Assembly (NCBI GenBank): GCA_965215885.1 | Contig: CBDCEW010000068.1 | Span: 1-49,928, forward strand | DNA length: 49,928 nucleotides | Direction of reading: 5' to 3' | DNA from: Candidatus Moanibacter sp. | GTDB lineage: Bacteria; Verrucomicrobiota; Verrucomicrobiia; Opitutales; UBA2987 | Part shown: piece after piece, positions 1-9,877 of the stretch | Position numbering within the stretch: position 1 is the first letter of the stretch | Layout of the letters: each line of letters starts with the position of its first letter | The notes under the pieces: model-generated | Database searches by the model: none | What the model was told of the DNA's origin: nothing | What the model saw: the letters and a program-made list of their open reading frames with translations, nothing else | Made by a program: the position numbers and the translations under genes

Positions 1-332
1 AGCGATGCGGTAGGCGATGAACTGCTCGAGAAGGTTCTGGCCTACAACTTCTGCCGCATCATACTGATGAAGAAACGACGACGGGAGGAACTGGAACAGG
101 CGGCCTGAATCTGACCGCTTTGCAGCTCGGAGAAAAAAAGCACCACGGGATGAGTATGCCTCCAAACAGCGGCAAATATGCGTATTGTGCAGCAAGCCAC
201 GCCGATGGCCGCTCAATACCTGCTCATCGGCAGCGTCGGCAGCCTGAAACCCGACGCCTGCCAGCCATAGGCTGGTCCGCCTGTGGCGGAAAACCTGAAA
301 CCGTCCGCTCGAAAGGCTTTTCGAATGGGGTC
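1..332 (+). mobile_element. 3' part of DDE insertion sequence (copy 1; transposase C-terminus 1..108, right end at 332)
   Basis: Near-identical to the reverse complement of the right end of the IS at 27570..29487. Encodes ...DELLEKVLAYNFCRIILMKKRRREELEQAA*. Ends in GCTTTTCGAATGGGGTC followed by target hexamer TATCTA (333..338). Confidence 0.93.
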
Positions 333-569
333 TATCTACGCAATCCCGGGTATGCCGAGGTCACTTTTCTCTATATCTGCGCGGGTGTGAGCGGCACATT
401 GACGCCCTATGTGAGCAGCAAGGTAGTTGAGAAATTCAGTATTTCGACAATCTTTGTGGTCTCCTCCGCGGCTTACGGCGCCACCCTCATCCTGATGCTC
501 GCTCTCAATTCCTACACTCGCCGTGAGTATTCGGGCAATACGGACCTTAAAAGCGATCTTGATTCCTGA
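333..569 (+). pseudogene. C-terminal remnant of a membrane protein (MFS-like) interrupted by the IS
   Basis: Open frame YLRNPGYAEVTFLYICAGVSGTLTPYVSSKVVEKFSISTIFVVSSAAYGATLILMLALNS... with two hydrophobic segments begins exactly at the target hexamer. Confidence 0.55.
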
Positions 570-721
570 ATAGTCTGTTTAATGGAGGTCGAGTATGAGA
601 CTCAGAAAATCGGCCGATCAGGAGATGGCCGATGCGTGTGGTCGAGGTAGAGGGCTCTTCTATCCTGCTATCACCTCTACATCATACAGATCGAACCGTG
701 AATCAACCGACGTGTTGAAAA

Positions 722-792
722 GATAGGCATAGTCAATGATATGCAACGATCTACGCAGTCTCGCTAAGAAGTGTGCGAAATAACCGGGCTAG
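722..792. repeat. Degenerate solo end of the CTAG-CCCGG MITE family
   Basis: GTGTGCGAAATAACCGGGCTAG resembles GTGTGTGAAATGTCCGGGCTAG (11295..11316, 22864..22885). The upstream ~50 bp resembles the reverse complement of 11180..11224. Its CTAG overlaps the sulfatase stop codon. Confidence 0.65.
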
Positions 793-2282
793 TAACGCCC
801 TATGCGTCGCGGGCCCGGGTCGGTTGCCCGAACCGTCGCGTCGAAACTGCGCTTGAGCAAATCCGCCTTGATCGCGGCATGATCGTTCCGCTCCCACAGA
901 TTGTCGAATTCGTTCGGGTCCTTCTCGAGGTCGTAGAGCTCTCCGTAATCGTTGCCGTGATACACCACGAGCTTGTAGCGCTCGTCTCGATACATGGTAG
1001 CGTAGGCCCGCTCGCGCATCTGGTCATCTTTGGGGAAGCTCATATCGAGGGTATCGTAGAACTCGGAACGGACATAGTCGTGCAATCGATGGGGATCCGC
1101 CGCTCCCGTCGCGATGGGCAGGAGGGAGAGTCCTTGAGTCAAGGGCAGTTCAACGCCGGCGAGCTCAGCGAGAGTCGGGGCGATGTCGGTGAGCTCTGTC
1201 AGGCAATCGGCCTGGAGCCCTTCACGCAGGTGACCCGGCCATGAGAGGACGAGAGGCACGTGGACGAGTCCCTCGTAGAACCTGCATCCTTTTGCCGATA
1301 GGCCGTGATCGCCCAGGGCATCGCCGTGATCCGAGGTGGCAATAACGAGCGTATTCTCCCGCTGACCCGTTTCCTCCAGTGCGTCGAGCATCCGCCCGAT
1401 ATTCTCGTCGATGAGCTCCATCATTCCGTAGAAAGTGGCCTTGAACTGCTGCTCGCGCTCTCCCGGTTCTCCTGAGTATCTCTGAAAGACGTGAGTGCGG
1501 AGTCGCTCCTGCACCGCGAGATCGGTCTCCCGAAAAAGAGGGGGAGGCAGTTGCTTGGGATCGTAGCGATTCTCGTACTCGAGGGGAGCGTAGGCACTGT
1601 GGGGATCGAAAATGTTCACGCTGAATAGCCAGGGACGACGCTCCGATGGGTGTCTGGACGCCGCACCTCGCACGAAATCAATGGCCCGGTCGGCGCACCA
1701 GGTAGTCTGATGATACCTGGCGGGACAGTTCTTTCTCATGCTGTAGCGGCGGCTGTCCTTCCCGCCGGCCGGAGAGGCTCCGGGTTGGACCTCGTGACCC
1801 TCGAACACTTGGTCGAATACCCCCTGCTCTTCGAGCCAGTCGAGGTACTGATTTCCGCAACCTCGTCCCTGGGAAGGGCCGTGGCTGTAGTCGAAGACAC
1901 GGTATCCGTCATCGACCCGCCTTTCCTGTCCGTTCCAGGCGGAGGCAATGTGGAGCTTACCGGAAAGACCGCAGTCGTAGCCGGAATCGGCCAGGAGTTT
2001 TGTGATGAGGGGAAACCGTTCGGCACAGTCGAAGGTTTCGTTGCCGTTGATGTTGCCGTGGATGGTGCTCGGGTAGAGACCGGTGAGGAAACTCGCCCGG
2101 CTGGGCGTGCAGATCGGGCACTGGCTGTAGGTCTTCGTGAAAGCGACACCCTCTCTGCAGAGGCGGTCGAGATTGGGCGTGTTGATGTGCGCGTTGCCTA
2201 ACGCCCGGATCGTATCCCAGCGCTGGTGATCGGTGCAGATCCAGAGAATGTTCGGTCGCAGTGGTTCTGATGGTGCGTTCAT
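789..2282 (-). CDS. Sulfatase (formylglycine-dependent, choline-sulfatase/arylsulfatase-like)
   Basis: RPNILWICTD N-terminus, CTPSRASFLTG (CxPxR) signature, GKLH, SDHGD, ELYDLEKDPNE. Confidence 0.95.
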   Translation of the reverse strand: MNAPSEPLRPNILWICTDHQRWDTIRALGNAHINTPNLDRLCREGVAFTKTYSQCPICTPSRASFLTGLYPSTIHGNINGNETFDCAERFPLITKLLADSGYDCGLSGKLHIASAWNGQERRVDDGYRVFDYSHGPSQGRGCGNQYLDWLEEQGVFDQVFEGHEVQPGASPAGGKDSRRYSMRKNCPARYHQTTWCADRAIDFVRGAASRHPSERRPWLFSVNIFDPHSAYAPLEYENRYDPKQLPPPLFRETDLAVQERLRTHVFQRYSGEPGEREQQFKATFYGMMELIDENIGRMLDALEETGQRENTLVIATSDHGDALGDHGLSAKGCRFYEGLVHVPLVLSWPGHLREGLQADCLTELTDIAPTLAELAGVELPLTQGLSLLPIATGAADPHRLHDYVRSEFYDTLDMSFPKDDQMRERAYATMYRDERYKLVVYHGNDYGELYDLEKDPNEFDNLWERNDHAAIKADLLKRSFDATVRATDPGPRRIGRY

Positions 2283-2907
2283 TCGTGCTCCAAATTATTG
2301 ATCAGTTTCGTTTTCCAGACCGCTAATTTCGCGAAATATGCGGATTACCCAGTTCCGAGCAAGAGGTAGCTCATTTCTTCAGTGGATACAAGGGCGACTT
2401 TAAAAAATGAGAAAAAGAGAGGAACCGCGAATGAACGCGGGTTGATTCAATCAGCAATCCTGAATTGGCGGGACTAGGAAAAATTCATTGAAGGGAGGTC
2501 GAACGAATTTTGCGTGACCGCGGATTTCCTGGAGCAGCAGAGCCGCCCGGCGACAGGCTCGGGGCCCTGAGGCTCTCGAACGGGCAACCAAAAAAGAAGA
2601 AGAGAACCGCAGATGGACGCAGATGGACGCGAATGCAAAAGGAATCTCCTACTTCCCTTGGGTAACGTCGTCGCGAATCCCGCTGAGCGGGATCCCAAAC
2701 CTTGTCGACTGCAGTTCATTGATTTCCAGCCTCTTCTGCGCAAAAACTTGCTAGAAAAACAAGGTTCTTCCGGATTGAAATACGGCTGCTTTAGGAGGAG
2801 TGTAGTAGCGGCGGTTTTTCACTGGTGTGAGAATGTACCGTGAATTTGGTGGATCCTATATTACATTGCATCCAGCCTCAATTGTCCGCAGAAAGCAGTG
2901 CAGAGCC

Positions 2908-4080
2908 ATGAAATATAAAGCTGCTGTAATCGGTCTTGGTCGCATGGGGAGTACCTTCGACGACGAAGGGTGGCCGGGAAACAATTTTTTCCGGCCCTAT
3001 TGCCACGGTCCGACCTATCACGCCCATCCTCTCGTCGAATTGGTAGCGGGCGCTGATCCCCACGAGGAACAGCGCGCTCTGTTTGGCCAACGCTGGGGCC
3101 TGCCTCCCGGTCGGCTCTACGCCGATTATCGGGAGATGTTGACTGAGGAAGAGCCCGATATCGTCAGCATCTCTACATCAGCGCGTGTTCGTCCACGCAT
3201 CGTTCACGATGTCGCACACGCGGGAGTGAAAATAATCTGGGCGGAAAAACCCATTTCGGTTAGCCTGCCGGAAGGCGATAGCATCGTCCGCGTTTGCCGG
3301 GAAGAGGGCACCACCCTGGCCATCAACTGCACCCGCCGATGGTGGAGCAGTTTCAGCGGGGTGCGGGAGATTATTGACTCGGGCAAATTGGGCAAGGTCC
3401 TTCAGGTGACCGCACACTATCCGTGCGGATTGTCGCAGAACGGAAGCCACCTCATCGACGCTGTCCGCTACCTGGCAGGCGACGGCAACGTCGAATGGGT
3501 CTTCGGTGAAATTGAATCAGACGAAGCTGCGGCCGGTGACCTGGATGTTTCGGGTAACGGTTATCTCGCCTTCGACAACGGAGTTCGCGCCTTCCTTAGA
3601 ACGATGTCCTGTGGGGATTCCGTCGGTAATCTCTTTGAGGTGATCGGAGAACAGGGGCGTATTCACTGCGAGGAAAGACCTGCCAACTTCGAATTCATCC
3701 GTTTTCAGAGACTGGAGGAACAGGAGAACGGACGTCCGGCGGCCCCATTGAGAAGAAGGCAACCCGTGGTGGCTCATTATCCGCTTCCCCTGCCGCAAAA
3801 AGTCGAAGCCGTCGGTATTACAACCCTCAATGACTTGATCGAAGCCCACGAACAGGGACGCCCTCCGCGCGTCTCCGGGGAAGATGGCCTGCAGGCTCTG
3901 GAAATCGCCATTGCCATGCGGGAATCCCATCGACGGGGCGGTATCAAGGTGGCCTTACCACTGGAGGATCGTTCCCTGAAGTTGATCGCCGGCGAATCGG
4001 TCGGGGATGACCTTCCTAAGCGTGTTCGGCGAGAGATGGACCTCATTCCTGTTCCTGGAGTCTCTAAAGGTTCGCAATGA
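2908..4080 (+). CDS. Gfo/Idh/MocA family oxidoreductase
   Basis: AAVIGLGRMG Rossmann motif, AEKP motif, NGSHLID. ATG at 2908 chosen over upstream GTG. Confidence 0.9.
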   Translation: MKYKAAVIGLGRMGSTFDDEGWPGNNFFRPYCHGPTYHAHPLVELVAGADPHEEQRALFGQRWGLPPGRLYADYREMLTEEEPDIVSISTSARVRPRIVHDVAHAGVKIIWAEKPISVSLPEGDSIVRVCREEGTTLAINCTRRWWSSFSGVREIIDSGKLGKVLQVTAHYPCGLSQNGSHLIDAVRYLAGDGNVEWVFGEIESDEAAAGDLDVSGNGYLAFDNGVRAFLRTMSCGDSVGNLFEVIGEQGRIHCEERPANFEFIRFQRLEEQENGRPAAPLRRRQPVVAHYPLPLPQKVEAVGITTLNDLIEAHEQGRPPRVSGEDGLQALEIAIAMRESHRRGGIKVALPLEDRSLKLIAGESVGDDLPKRVRREMDLIPVPGVSKGSQ

Positions 4081-4101
4081 AGGTATAAAAAGGAGCAGAA
4101 A

Positions 4102-6003
4102 ATGACCGCTAAACACTACGACCTCACAGTATACAACGGATCGCCTGCCGGCATTGCCTGCTCAGTTAGGGCGGCCCGCGAGGGGCTCTCGGTTCTTATC
4201 GTGAACCACACGCCGATCCTTGGGGGAATGCTCTCAAACGGACTGTGCGTTTGGGATACCCAGTATGAGGGCAAGCGCTCGCCGATCTACGACGAGCTGC
4301 GAAAAGCAATGTTTGACTACTACAGGGACACCTACGGCGAAGATTCCGATCAGTATAGAAATGCCCTGCCAGGAGCCTCAGGCCACTCCAACGGTAATTA
4401 CGAGCCAAGGGTAGCTCAAATGCTTGTTGAAAAGATGGTCCGCTCGGAATCTCGCATCGATCTTCTTATGTGTCACTACCCTGTAGAGGCGGTGTGCCAG
4501 GGCAGGATAATCAAGAGCGTCGTGTTCGGGGAGATGGGGAGCAACGGTCTTCCCAAAGAAGGCGGAGATCGGGTAGCGGTCAGCGCCGGTGCCTGGGCGG
4601 ACTGCAGCTACGAAGGTGACTTGATGGCAGTCTGCGGCGCGCCCTACCGCATTGGACGCGAGTCTCGGGACGAGTTTGATGAACCTCATGCGGGCAGAAT
4701 CTTTGTCAAGCCGTCAAAAAAGCCATCCGATGAACGGCTTGCTTTTCTCGGAATGGAACACGACAAGCTGAACTTGCGCGATTTTCCCGGTTTTCAGGAA
4801 ATCATCGAAACCAAGGGTTCCGGCGCGAGTGACGATCGAGTGCAGGCCTTCAACTGGCGCACCATGCTGACCAAGGTCGAAGGAAACGTAGTTCCGATAG
4901 AGAAACCGGCTGATTACAACCCCGACTACATCAAGACCCTCGAAATTCCCGGCGTTATGGATTACGGGTCGCCCAATTTCAAATGCCGGATCAATCGTCC
5001 TCAGCTCGTTGGTCCCCACAATGCCTACGTTGAGGGTAGCTGGACGGACCGCAAGAAAATCATGGACGATCACTGGAACGCCTTTCTTGGCTGCCTTTAC
5101 TTCGCCCGACACGACGATTCCGTGCCGGAAAAGAAACGATTGGAAATGCTGCGGTGGGGACTTCCGAAGGACGAGTTTGTCGAAAACGGACACAGGCCGT
5201 ACGAGATATATGCAAGGGAATCCCGTCGCCTGGAAGGGCGCTATGTGTTTACCGAACACGATGCCGAATACATCGACGAAATTGGCCGAGCGCGTATCCA
5301 TGTCGACGCCATCGCAGTAACGGAATGGTATATTGATATCCACGCTTGCTCCTTTGAGAGACTTCCCGGTACCCTCCACGAGGGAAAGATCATGCTCCAC
5401 CAGGAAACATTCCCCGGGCAGATTCCTTACCGGGCGATATTGCCTCCCGATCATGACAATGTGCTGGTGCCCCTGTGTGTTTCCTCCAGTCACGTCGGCT
5501 GGAGCACCATCAGGCTGGAACCTACCTGGATGAACATCGGCGAAGCGGCCGCATGGGCGGCTGTGCTGGCTGCTGAAAAAGGAGTGATGCCCGCGGAAAT
5601 CGATACGGAATTACTGGTGCAAAAACTAGCCGATTCGCGGGTGATGATATCTTTCTTCAACGACCTTGACCTGGGCGCCGATGAGGGCTGGATTCCGGCC
5701 GTAGCGTATCTCGCCACGAAAGGATTCTTCCCCGGATATGATGCCGGTGCAACGGATGCTCTTGACGAAGGGACAGCAAAGGTCTGGGCAGCGACTTACC
5801 ACACATTGAAGGAGGGTAAAAGCAGCAGTCCGGTTGAGACCGCTGCTGCCGCCATGAAGGCGCGGGGCGGTGCGCACGTTAGCTCCTTGGAATTCGCCAA
5901 CCTGATCGGCGCTAATCAAACTCCGGAATCCTCCCATGAGCCAATTACCCGTGGTGCCGCGTGCGCAATGATCTACGACTTGATAAAGGCCGCAAATGTG
6001 TGA
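4102..6003 (+). CDS. FAD-dependent oxidoreductase (FAD_oxidored family)
   Basis: NGSPAGIACSVRAAREG, LGGMLSNG, DCSYEGDL, YRIGRESR, RESRRL, STIRLEPTWM. AGGAG RBS upstream. Confidence 0.9.
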   Translation: MTAKHYDLTVYNGSPAGIACSVRAAREGLSVLIVNHTPILGGMLSNGLCVWDTQYEGKRSPIYDELRKAMFDYYRDTYGEDSDQYRNALPGASGHSNGNYEPRVAQMLVEKMVRSESRIDLLMCHYPVEAVCQGRIIKSVVFGEMGSNGLPKEGGDRVAVSAGAWADCSYEGDLMAVCGAPYRIGRESRDEFDEPHAGRIFVKPSKKPSDERLAFLGMEHDKLNLRDFPGFQEIIETKGSGASDDRVQAFNWRTMLTKVEGNVVPIEKPADYNPDYIKTLEIPGVMDYGSPNFKCRINRPQLVGPHNAYVEGSWTDRKKIMDDHWNAFLGCLYFARHDDSVPEKKRLEMLRWGLPKDEFVENGHRPYEIYARESRRLEGRYVFTEHDAEYIDEIGRARIHVDAIAVTEWYIDIHACSFERLPGTLHEGKIMLHQETFPGQIPYRAILPPDHDNVLVPLCVSSSHVGWSTIRLEPTWMNIGEAAAWAAVLAAEKGVMPAEIDTELLVQKLADSRVMISFFNDLDLGADEGWIPAVAYLATKGFFPGYDAGATDALDEGTAKVWAATYHTLKEGKSSSPVETAAAAMKARGGAHVSSLEFANLIGANQTPESSHEPITRGAACAMIYDLIKAANV

Positions 6004-6051
6004 GCCCGGGTGAATGGAAGGAGGAGGGTTTGGGCAACCGCCCCTTCTATT

Positions 6052-6145
6052 GGATTCCGCTGAAAAATCCCACGTTTCGTAATCCTGGACCGCGTTCTTG
6101 CGAACGCGGCTACAAATACCAGAGACTCACGAGATCTTGTAGCCG
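6052..6145. repeat. MITE/REP-like element (partial copy of 48217..48358 family, opposite orientation)
   Basis: GCTGAAAAA..CGTTTCG.AATCCT.GACC-hairpin-GCGGCTACA matches the reverse complement of 48290..48358. Contains hairpin CCGCGTTC TTGC GAACGCGG CTAC. Confidence 0.7.
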
Positions 6146-6187
6146 TCCGGCTGGTTGGAAACGGAAGTCACAACCACCGGCGGGCCC

Positions 6188-6217
6188 TTGACTTGAGGTC
6201 AGGCTGACGGCTATCAT
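6188..6217 (+). promoter_or_regulatory. Putative sigma70 promoter (TTGACT-N18-TATCAT)
   Basis: Near-consensus hexamers ending 8 nt before ATG 6226. Confidence 0.45.
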
Positions 6218-6225
6218 TGAACCCC

Positions 6226-7296
6226 ATGGTGAGGCACGCGATCGTGGCAGTGGAGAAGGGTCGTTATCACGGATGGCCGGCGAACAACGGTATCTGGAGT
6301 TGGGGGGATGAGATTCTCGTCGGGTTTACGCAGGGTGAGTATGTACAGAAAACGGGGCACAGTATCGAGGGAGACCAGGAGAACCACCTGGCAAAGAGTC
6401 TCGACGGCGGGGAGACGTGGCGAGCGTATCGCCCGGTGGGTTACTTCCGGGATGGCCATTGGCGGTTTCGCGGGGAAGAGAAGATGCGGCTGAAGGAACC
6501 CCTGAATTTTCTCGACCCGGGCCTGGTGGTACGGGTTTTTTCCCAGGGCTATCACGCTACGGAGGATCCGGAAGGGGGATTCTTCACCTCACACGACCGC
6601 GGTGAATCCTGGAATGGCCCCTGGTCGTTCCACGATCTCTACGATGAGGGGGAACTGAAAGGCCGGCACCTTTCCGCAAGGACGGCTTACCTGGGTTTGG
6701 GTGAGCGAGAGTGTATCTTTTTTATATCGGCGAAGCAGCCCGGGAAAACAGAGTCGGGGAACCGCGTCGGCTGCATGCTGACGGCGGATGGGGGCCTCAA
6801 TTTCGAGTTCCTCTCCTGGGTGACGCCTGAACCGCAGGAGGAATTCGCCATCATGCCCCAGGCGGTGCAGCTGTCAGAAGACAGATTCATCCTCGCCTAC
6901 AGGAAGATTTACAGGAACGGGGGCGGCGAGAGCGCCATCGAGGCGTATGAGTCGGGCGACCGCTGCCGTTCTTGGGAATACCTGAGCACAGTGAAGATCA
7001 CGGCGCCCCACCACAATCCTCCCGCCCTCGTGAAGCTGGCTGACGGGCGTCTCTGTTGCAGCTACGGCGACCGATGCGACTTGAAAATCAAAGCGAGGTA
7101 CAGCGAGGATGAAGGACGCAGTTGGGGGCCGGAATTCGTTGTTCGGGATGATTACTACCAGTGTCACGAGAAGGATCGGGACCTTGGCTACGTGAGTATG
7201 GTGGGGCGCCCGGATGGAGCGCTGGTGGCCGCATACTATTGGGCGACGGCGGAGCATCCGGAGCAATATATCGCCGCGTCGATCTGGAAACCGTAG
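6226..7296 (+). CDS. BNR/Asp-box repeat sialidase-like glycoside hydrolase
   Basis: Asp boxes SLDGGETW, SHDRGESW, TADGGLNF, SGDRCRSW, SEDEGRSW and DLGY near the C-terminus. No signal peptide. Confidence 0.85.
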   Translation: MVRHAIVAVEKGRYHGWPANNGIWSWGDEILVGFTQGEYVQKTGHSIEGDQENHLAKSLDGGETWRAYRPVGYFRDGHWRFRGEEKMRLKEPLNFLDPGLVVRVFSQGYHATEDPEGGFFTSHDRGESWNGPWSFHDLYDEGELKGRHLSARTAYLGLGERECIFFISAKQPGKTESGNRVGCMLTADGGLNFEFLSWVTPEPQEEFAIMPQAVQLSEDRFILAYRKIYRNGGGESAIEAYESGDRCRSWEYLSTVKITAPHHNPPALVKLADGRLCCSYGDRCDLKIKARYSEDEGRSWGPEFVVRDDYYQCHEKDRDLGYVSMVGRPDGALVAAYYWATAEHPEQYIAASIWKP

Positions 7297-7361
7297 CGGG
7301 AGCGAAGAGTGGTTTCCCGTCGACAGGCTCAGGGCTTTCGGCAGGTGTCCGGTTTCCACGA

Positions 7362-7480
7362 GGTTTCGGGTGTCAGCGGGATTTTGAGAAACGGAGGGAG
7401 ACGATCAGATCCGAACGACGAAGTCGTCCGGCTACAGGAGGATTAGTAAGACAGAAAGCTGAACACTGACACCCGAAACC
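7362..7480. repeat. Inverted pair of 15-bp dispersed repeat (GGTTTCGGGTGTCAG / CTGACACCCGAAACC)
   Basis: Copies at 7362..7376 and 7466..7480, with further copies at 11345..11359 and 42360..42374. Confidence 0.75.
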
Positions 7481-7675
7481 CGTGAATTCGTGTCAGCTTC
7501 TAACACGGACCTGGGTGACGCAGTGATGGGGAGACGGGGGAAGCATAGATGCGGAATTGTGAGGATGGGAAGAGTGACGGGGAGACAAGGTGAAACGAAG
7601 ACGCGCTGACGCGGAGAGGCGGTGAAGGGGGATGGAATGGGCGAGTTGGAAAGCCTGTTTCATGTAAGAATCAAG

Positions 7676-7704
7676 TTGACCGATAGTGGTCAAATATTCA
7701 TATT
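7676..7704 (+). promoter_or_regulatory. Palindromic operator TTGACC-N6-GGTCAA overlapping a putative -35, -10 CATATT
   Basis: Perfect 6-bp inverted repeat 7676..7693, 17-bp spacer to CATATT (7699..7704), ~60 bp upstream of the helicase ATG. Confidence 0.45.
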
Positions 7705-7764
7705 GTGTCTATGAAGATGGTGCTATATGAAGAATGATGAAACGGTGATGGTTTCGATCGATTG

Positions 7765-9861
7765 ATGAGAGAACAGGCCTTGAGGTGGCTGCGACGGGCG
7801 GTGGGGCGACGGGATGCGGAATTTCGGCCGGGCCAATGGGAGAGTATTGAGATGCTACTCAACCGCCGGCGGTTGTTGGTAGTGGAGCGGACGGGCTGGG
7901 GAAAGAGTCTGGTCTATTTTGTTGCGACCCGATTATTACGCGACGCGGGGGACGGGGTGAGCCTCTTGATTTCGCCTTTACTCGCACTTATGCGCAATCA
8001 ACTGGAGGCGGCCGCTCGCATGGGTGTGATTGCGGAGACAATCAACAGCAGCAACAAAGAACATTGGGACGCAATCGAAGAGAATCTCCGCAAAGACTCG
8101 ATCGATATCCTGCTGATATCCCCCGAACGTCTGGCCAACGATGAGTTTCGCGAAAATGTGCTCTCGAGGTTTGTAGAGCGCGTAGGACTATTCGTGGTTG
8201 ACGAGGCGCACTGCATCTCGGATTGGGGGCATGATTTTCGGCCGGATTATCGCCGCATTGTTGGCGTGCTGCAAGCGCTGCCTCCGAATGTACCCGTTTT
8301 GGCCACGACGGCTACAGCCAACGACCGGGTGGTAAATGATGTCGTTTCGCAGATGGGCGCCGGCATCGAGCTGATACGCGGACCTTTAATCCGCGAAAGC
8401 CTCAAGTTGCAGAATCTACTCATGCCGAGTCCCGCCGATCGCATGGCATGGCTGGCCGAGGTCGTACCCACATTGCCGGGTAGCGGTATCGTCTATACCC
8501 TCACGAAACGGGATGCCGAGAGAGTTACCGAGTGGTTGCGGATAAACGGAATCTCCGCTGAAGCCTATCATGCGGACCTTCAGCAGATCGACGACGCGAT
8601 ACCTGTCCGGGAACTGCGGGAGAAGCAACTTCTCGACAACCAGGTGAAGGTCCTGGTTGCGACCGTTGCGTTGGGGATGGGTTTCGATAAGCCCGATCTG
8701 GGGTTCGTCATACATTTTCAGCGCCCTGCATCGGTGGTGCATTATTACCAACAGGTGGGAAGAGCGGGACGGGCGGTTAACGAGGCCTATGGCGTACTCA
8801 TGCACGGCGAGGAAGATACGCAGATTACAGAGTATTTCATACGCAACGCCTTTCCACCGCAACAGCATGTTAAGGTTATTCTGGAGGTTCTGGATAGAGC
8901 GGAAGAGGGTCTGTCGGTTGCCGCACTGGAAAAGGGTCTGAATTTCCGACGAGGTGAACTGGAAAAAGCGCTTAGATTCCTGTCCGTGGAATACCCTTCG
9001 CCGGTGACGAAAATTGGAACCAAATGGAACCTTACGGCAGCCGCTGCGTCATATCGGATCGATCAGGACTACATCGATGGAATCACCGCGATCAGATATC
9101 AGGAGCAGCATGAAATGGACAAATACATGGCACACACCGGATGCCTGATGGAATTCCTTGGAAGCGCTCTCGATGATCCCGAAGCGCGCGCCTGCGGCAG
9201 GTGCGCAGGATGTAAGGGAGAACCCATCTTGAAGATTGAATTTGATCACGATCTTGCCAATCGAGCGGCGATTTTTCTGAAGCGAAGTTATCAACCCTTA
9301 GAACCGAGAAAACTTTGGCCGGCGGGCGGGTCGTTTCCGATTTACGGTTTTTCCGGTCGGATTGAGGATGAGTTGAGAGCTGAAGAAGGGCGCGCTCTTT
9401 GCCTCTGGAAGGACGCCGGATGGGGGCGAATGGTAGCCGCAGGAAAATTCGAAACAGGCCGTTTTCATGACGATCTTGTGAGTGCGACCGCTGTCATGCT
9501 CGAAGTTTGGCAACCGAAACCTGAACCTGACTGGATTGCCTGTATTCCATCGTTGAATCGTCCGGATCTGGTGCCTGACTTTGCGCGACGCTTAGCCCGA
9601 GCGCTCGGCCTTCCGTTCGGCGATTGTCTTGTGAAGATAAAGAAGAATCGGCCCCAGAAGGAGATGCAGAACAGCTTCCGCCAGGCGAACAATTTGGATG
9701 GAGTTTTCGCGGTGAAGGCTGAAGATATGTCGGAAGGACCGTGTTTGTTGATCGACGACATGAGGGATTCGGGATGGACGTTAACCGTTGCGACCGCCTT
9801 GTTGAAGCGCGAAGGTTGCAAAGCTGTATTTCCTCTGGCTTTGGCCCGTGACTCTCCCTGA
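7765..9861 (+). CDS. RecQ-family ATP-dependent DNA helicase with C-terminal PRTase/ComF-like domain (RqlH-like)
   Basis: RTGWGKS Walker A, DEAHCISDWGHDFRPDY, ATVALGMGFDKPD, YYQQVGRAGR, Zn motif CGRCAGC, PRPP-binding-like LLIDDMRDSGWTL. Confidence 0.92.
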   Translation: MREQALRWLRRAVGRRDAEFRPGQWESIEMLLNRRRLLVVERTGWGKSLVYFVATRLLRDAGDGVSLLISPLLALMRNQLEAAARMGVIAETINSSNKEHWDAIEENLRKDSIDILLISPERLANDEFRENVLSRFVERVGLFVVDEAHCISDWGHDFRPDYRRIVGVLQALPPNVPVLATTATANDRVVNDVVSQMGAGIELIRGPLIRESLKLQNLLMPSPADRMAWLAEVVPTLPGSGIVYTLTKRDAERVTEWLRINGISAEAYHADLQQIDDAIPVRELREKQLLDNQVKVLVATVALGMGFDKPDLGFVIHFQRPASVVHYYQQVGRAGRAVNEAYGVLMHGEEDTQITEYFIRNAFPPQQHVKVILEVLDRAEEGLSVAALEKGLNFRRGELEKALRFLSVEYPSPVTKIGTKWNLTAAAASYRIDQDYIDGITAIRYQEQHEMDKYMAHTGCLMEFLGSALDDPEARACGRCAGCKGEPILKIEFDHDLANRAAIFLKRSYQPLEPRKLWPAGGSFPIYGFSGRIEDELRAEEGRALCLWKDAGWGRMVAAGKFETGRFHDDLVSATAVMLEVWQPKPEPDWIACIPSLNRPDLVPDFARRLARALGLPFGDCLVKIKKNRPQKEMQNSFRQANNLDGVFAVKAEDMSEGPCLLIDDMRDSGWTLTVATALLKREGCKAVFPLALARDSP

Positions 9862-9877
9862 TTGCTTTGAACGACAA

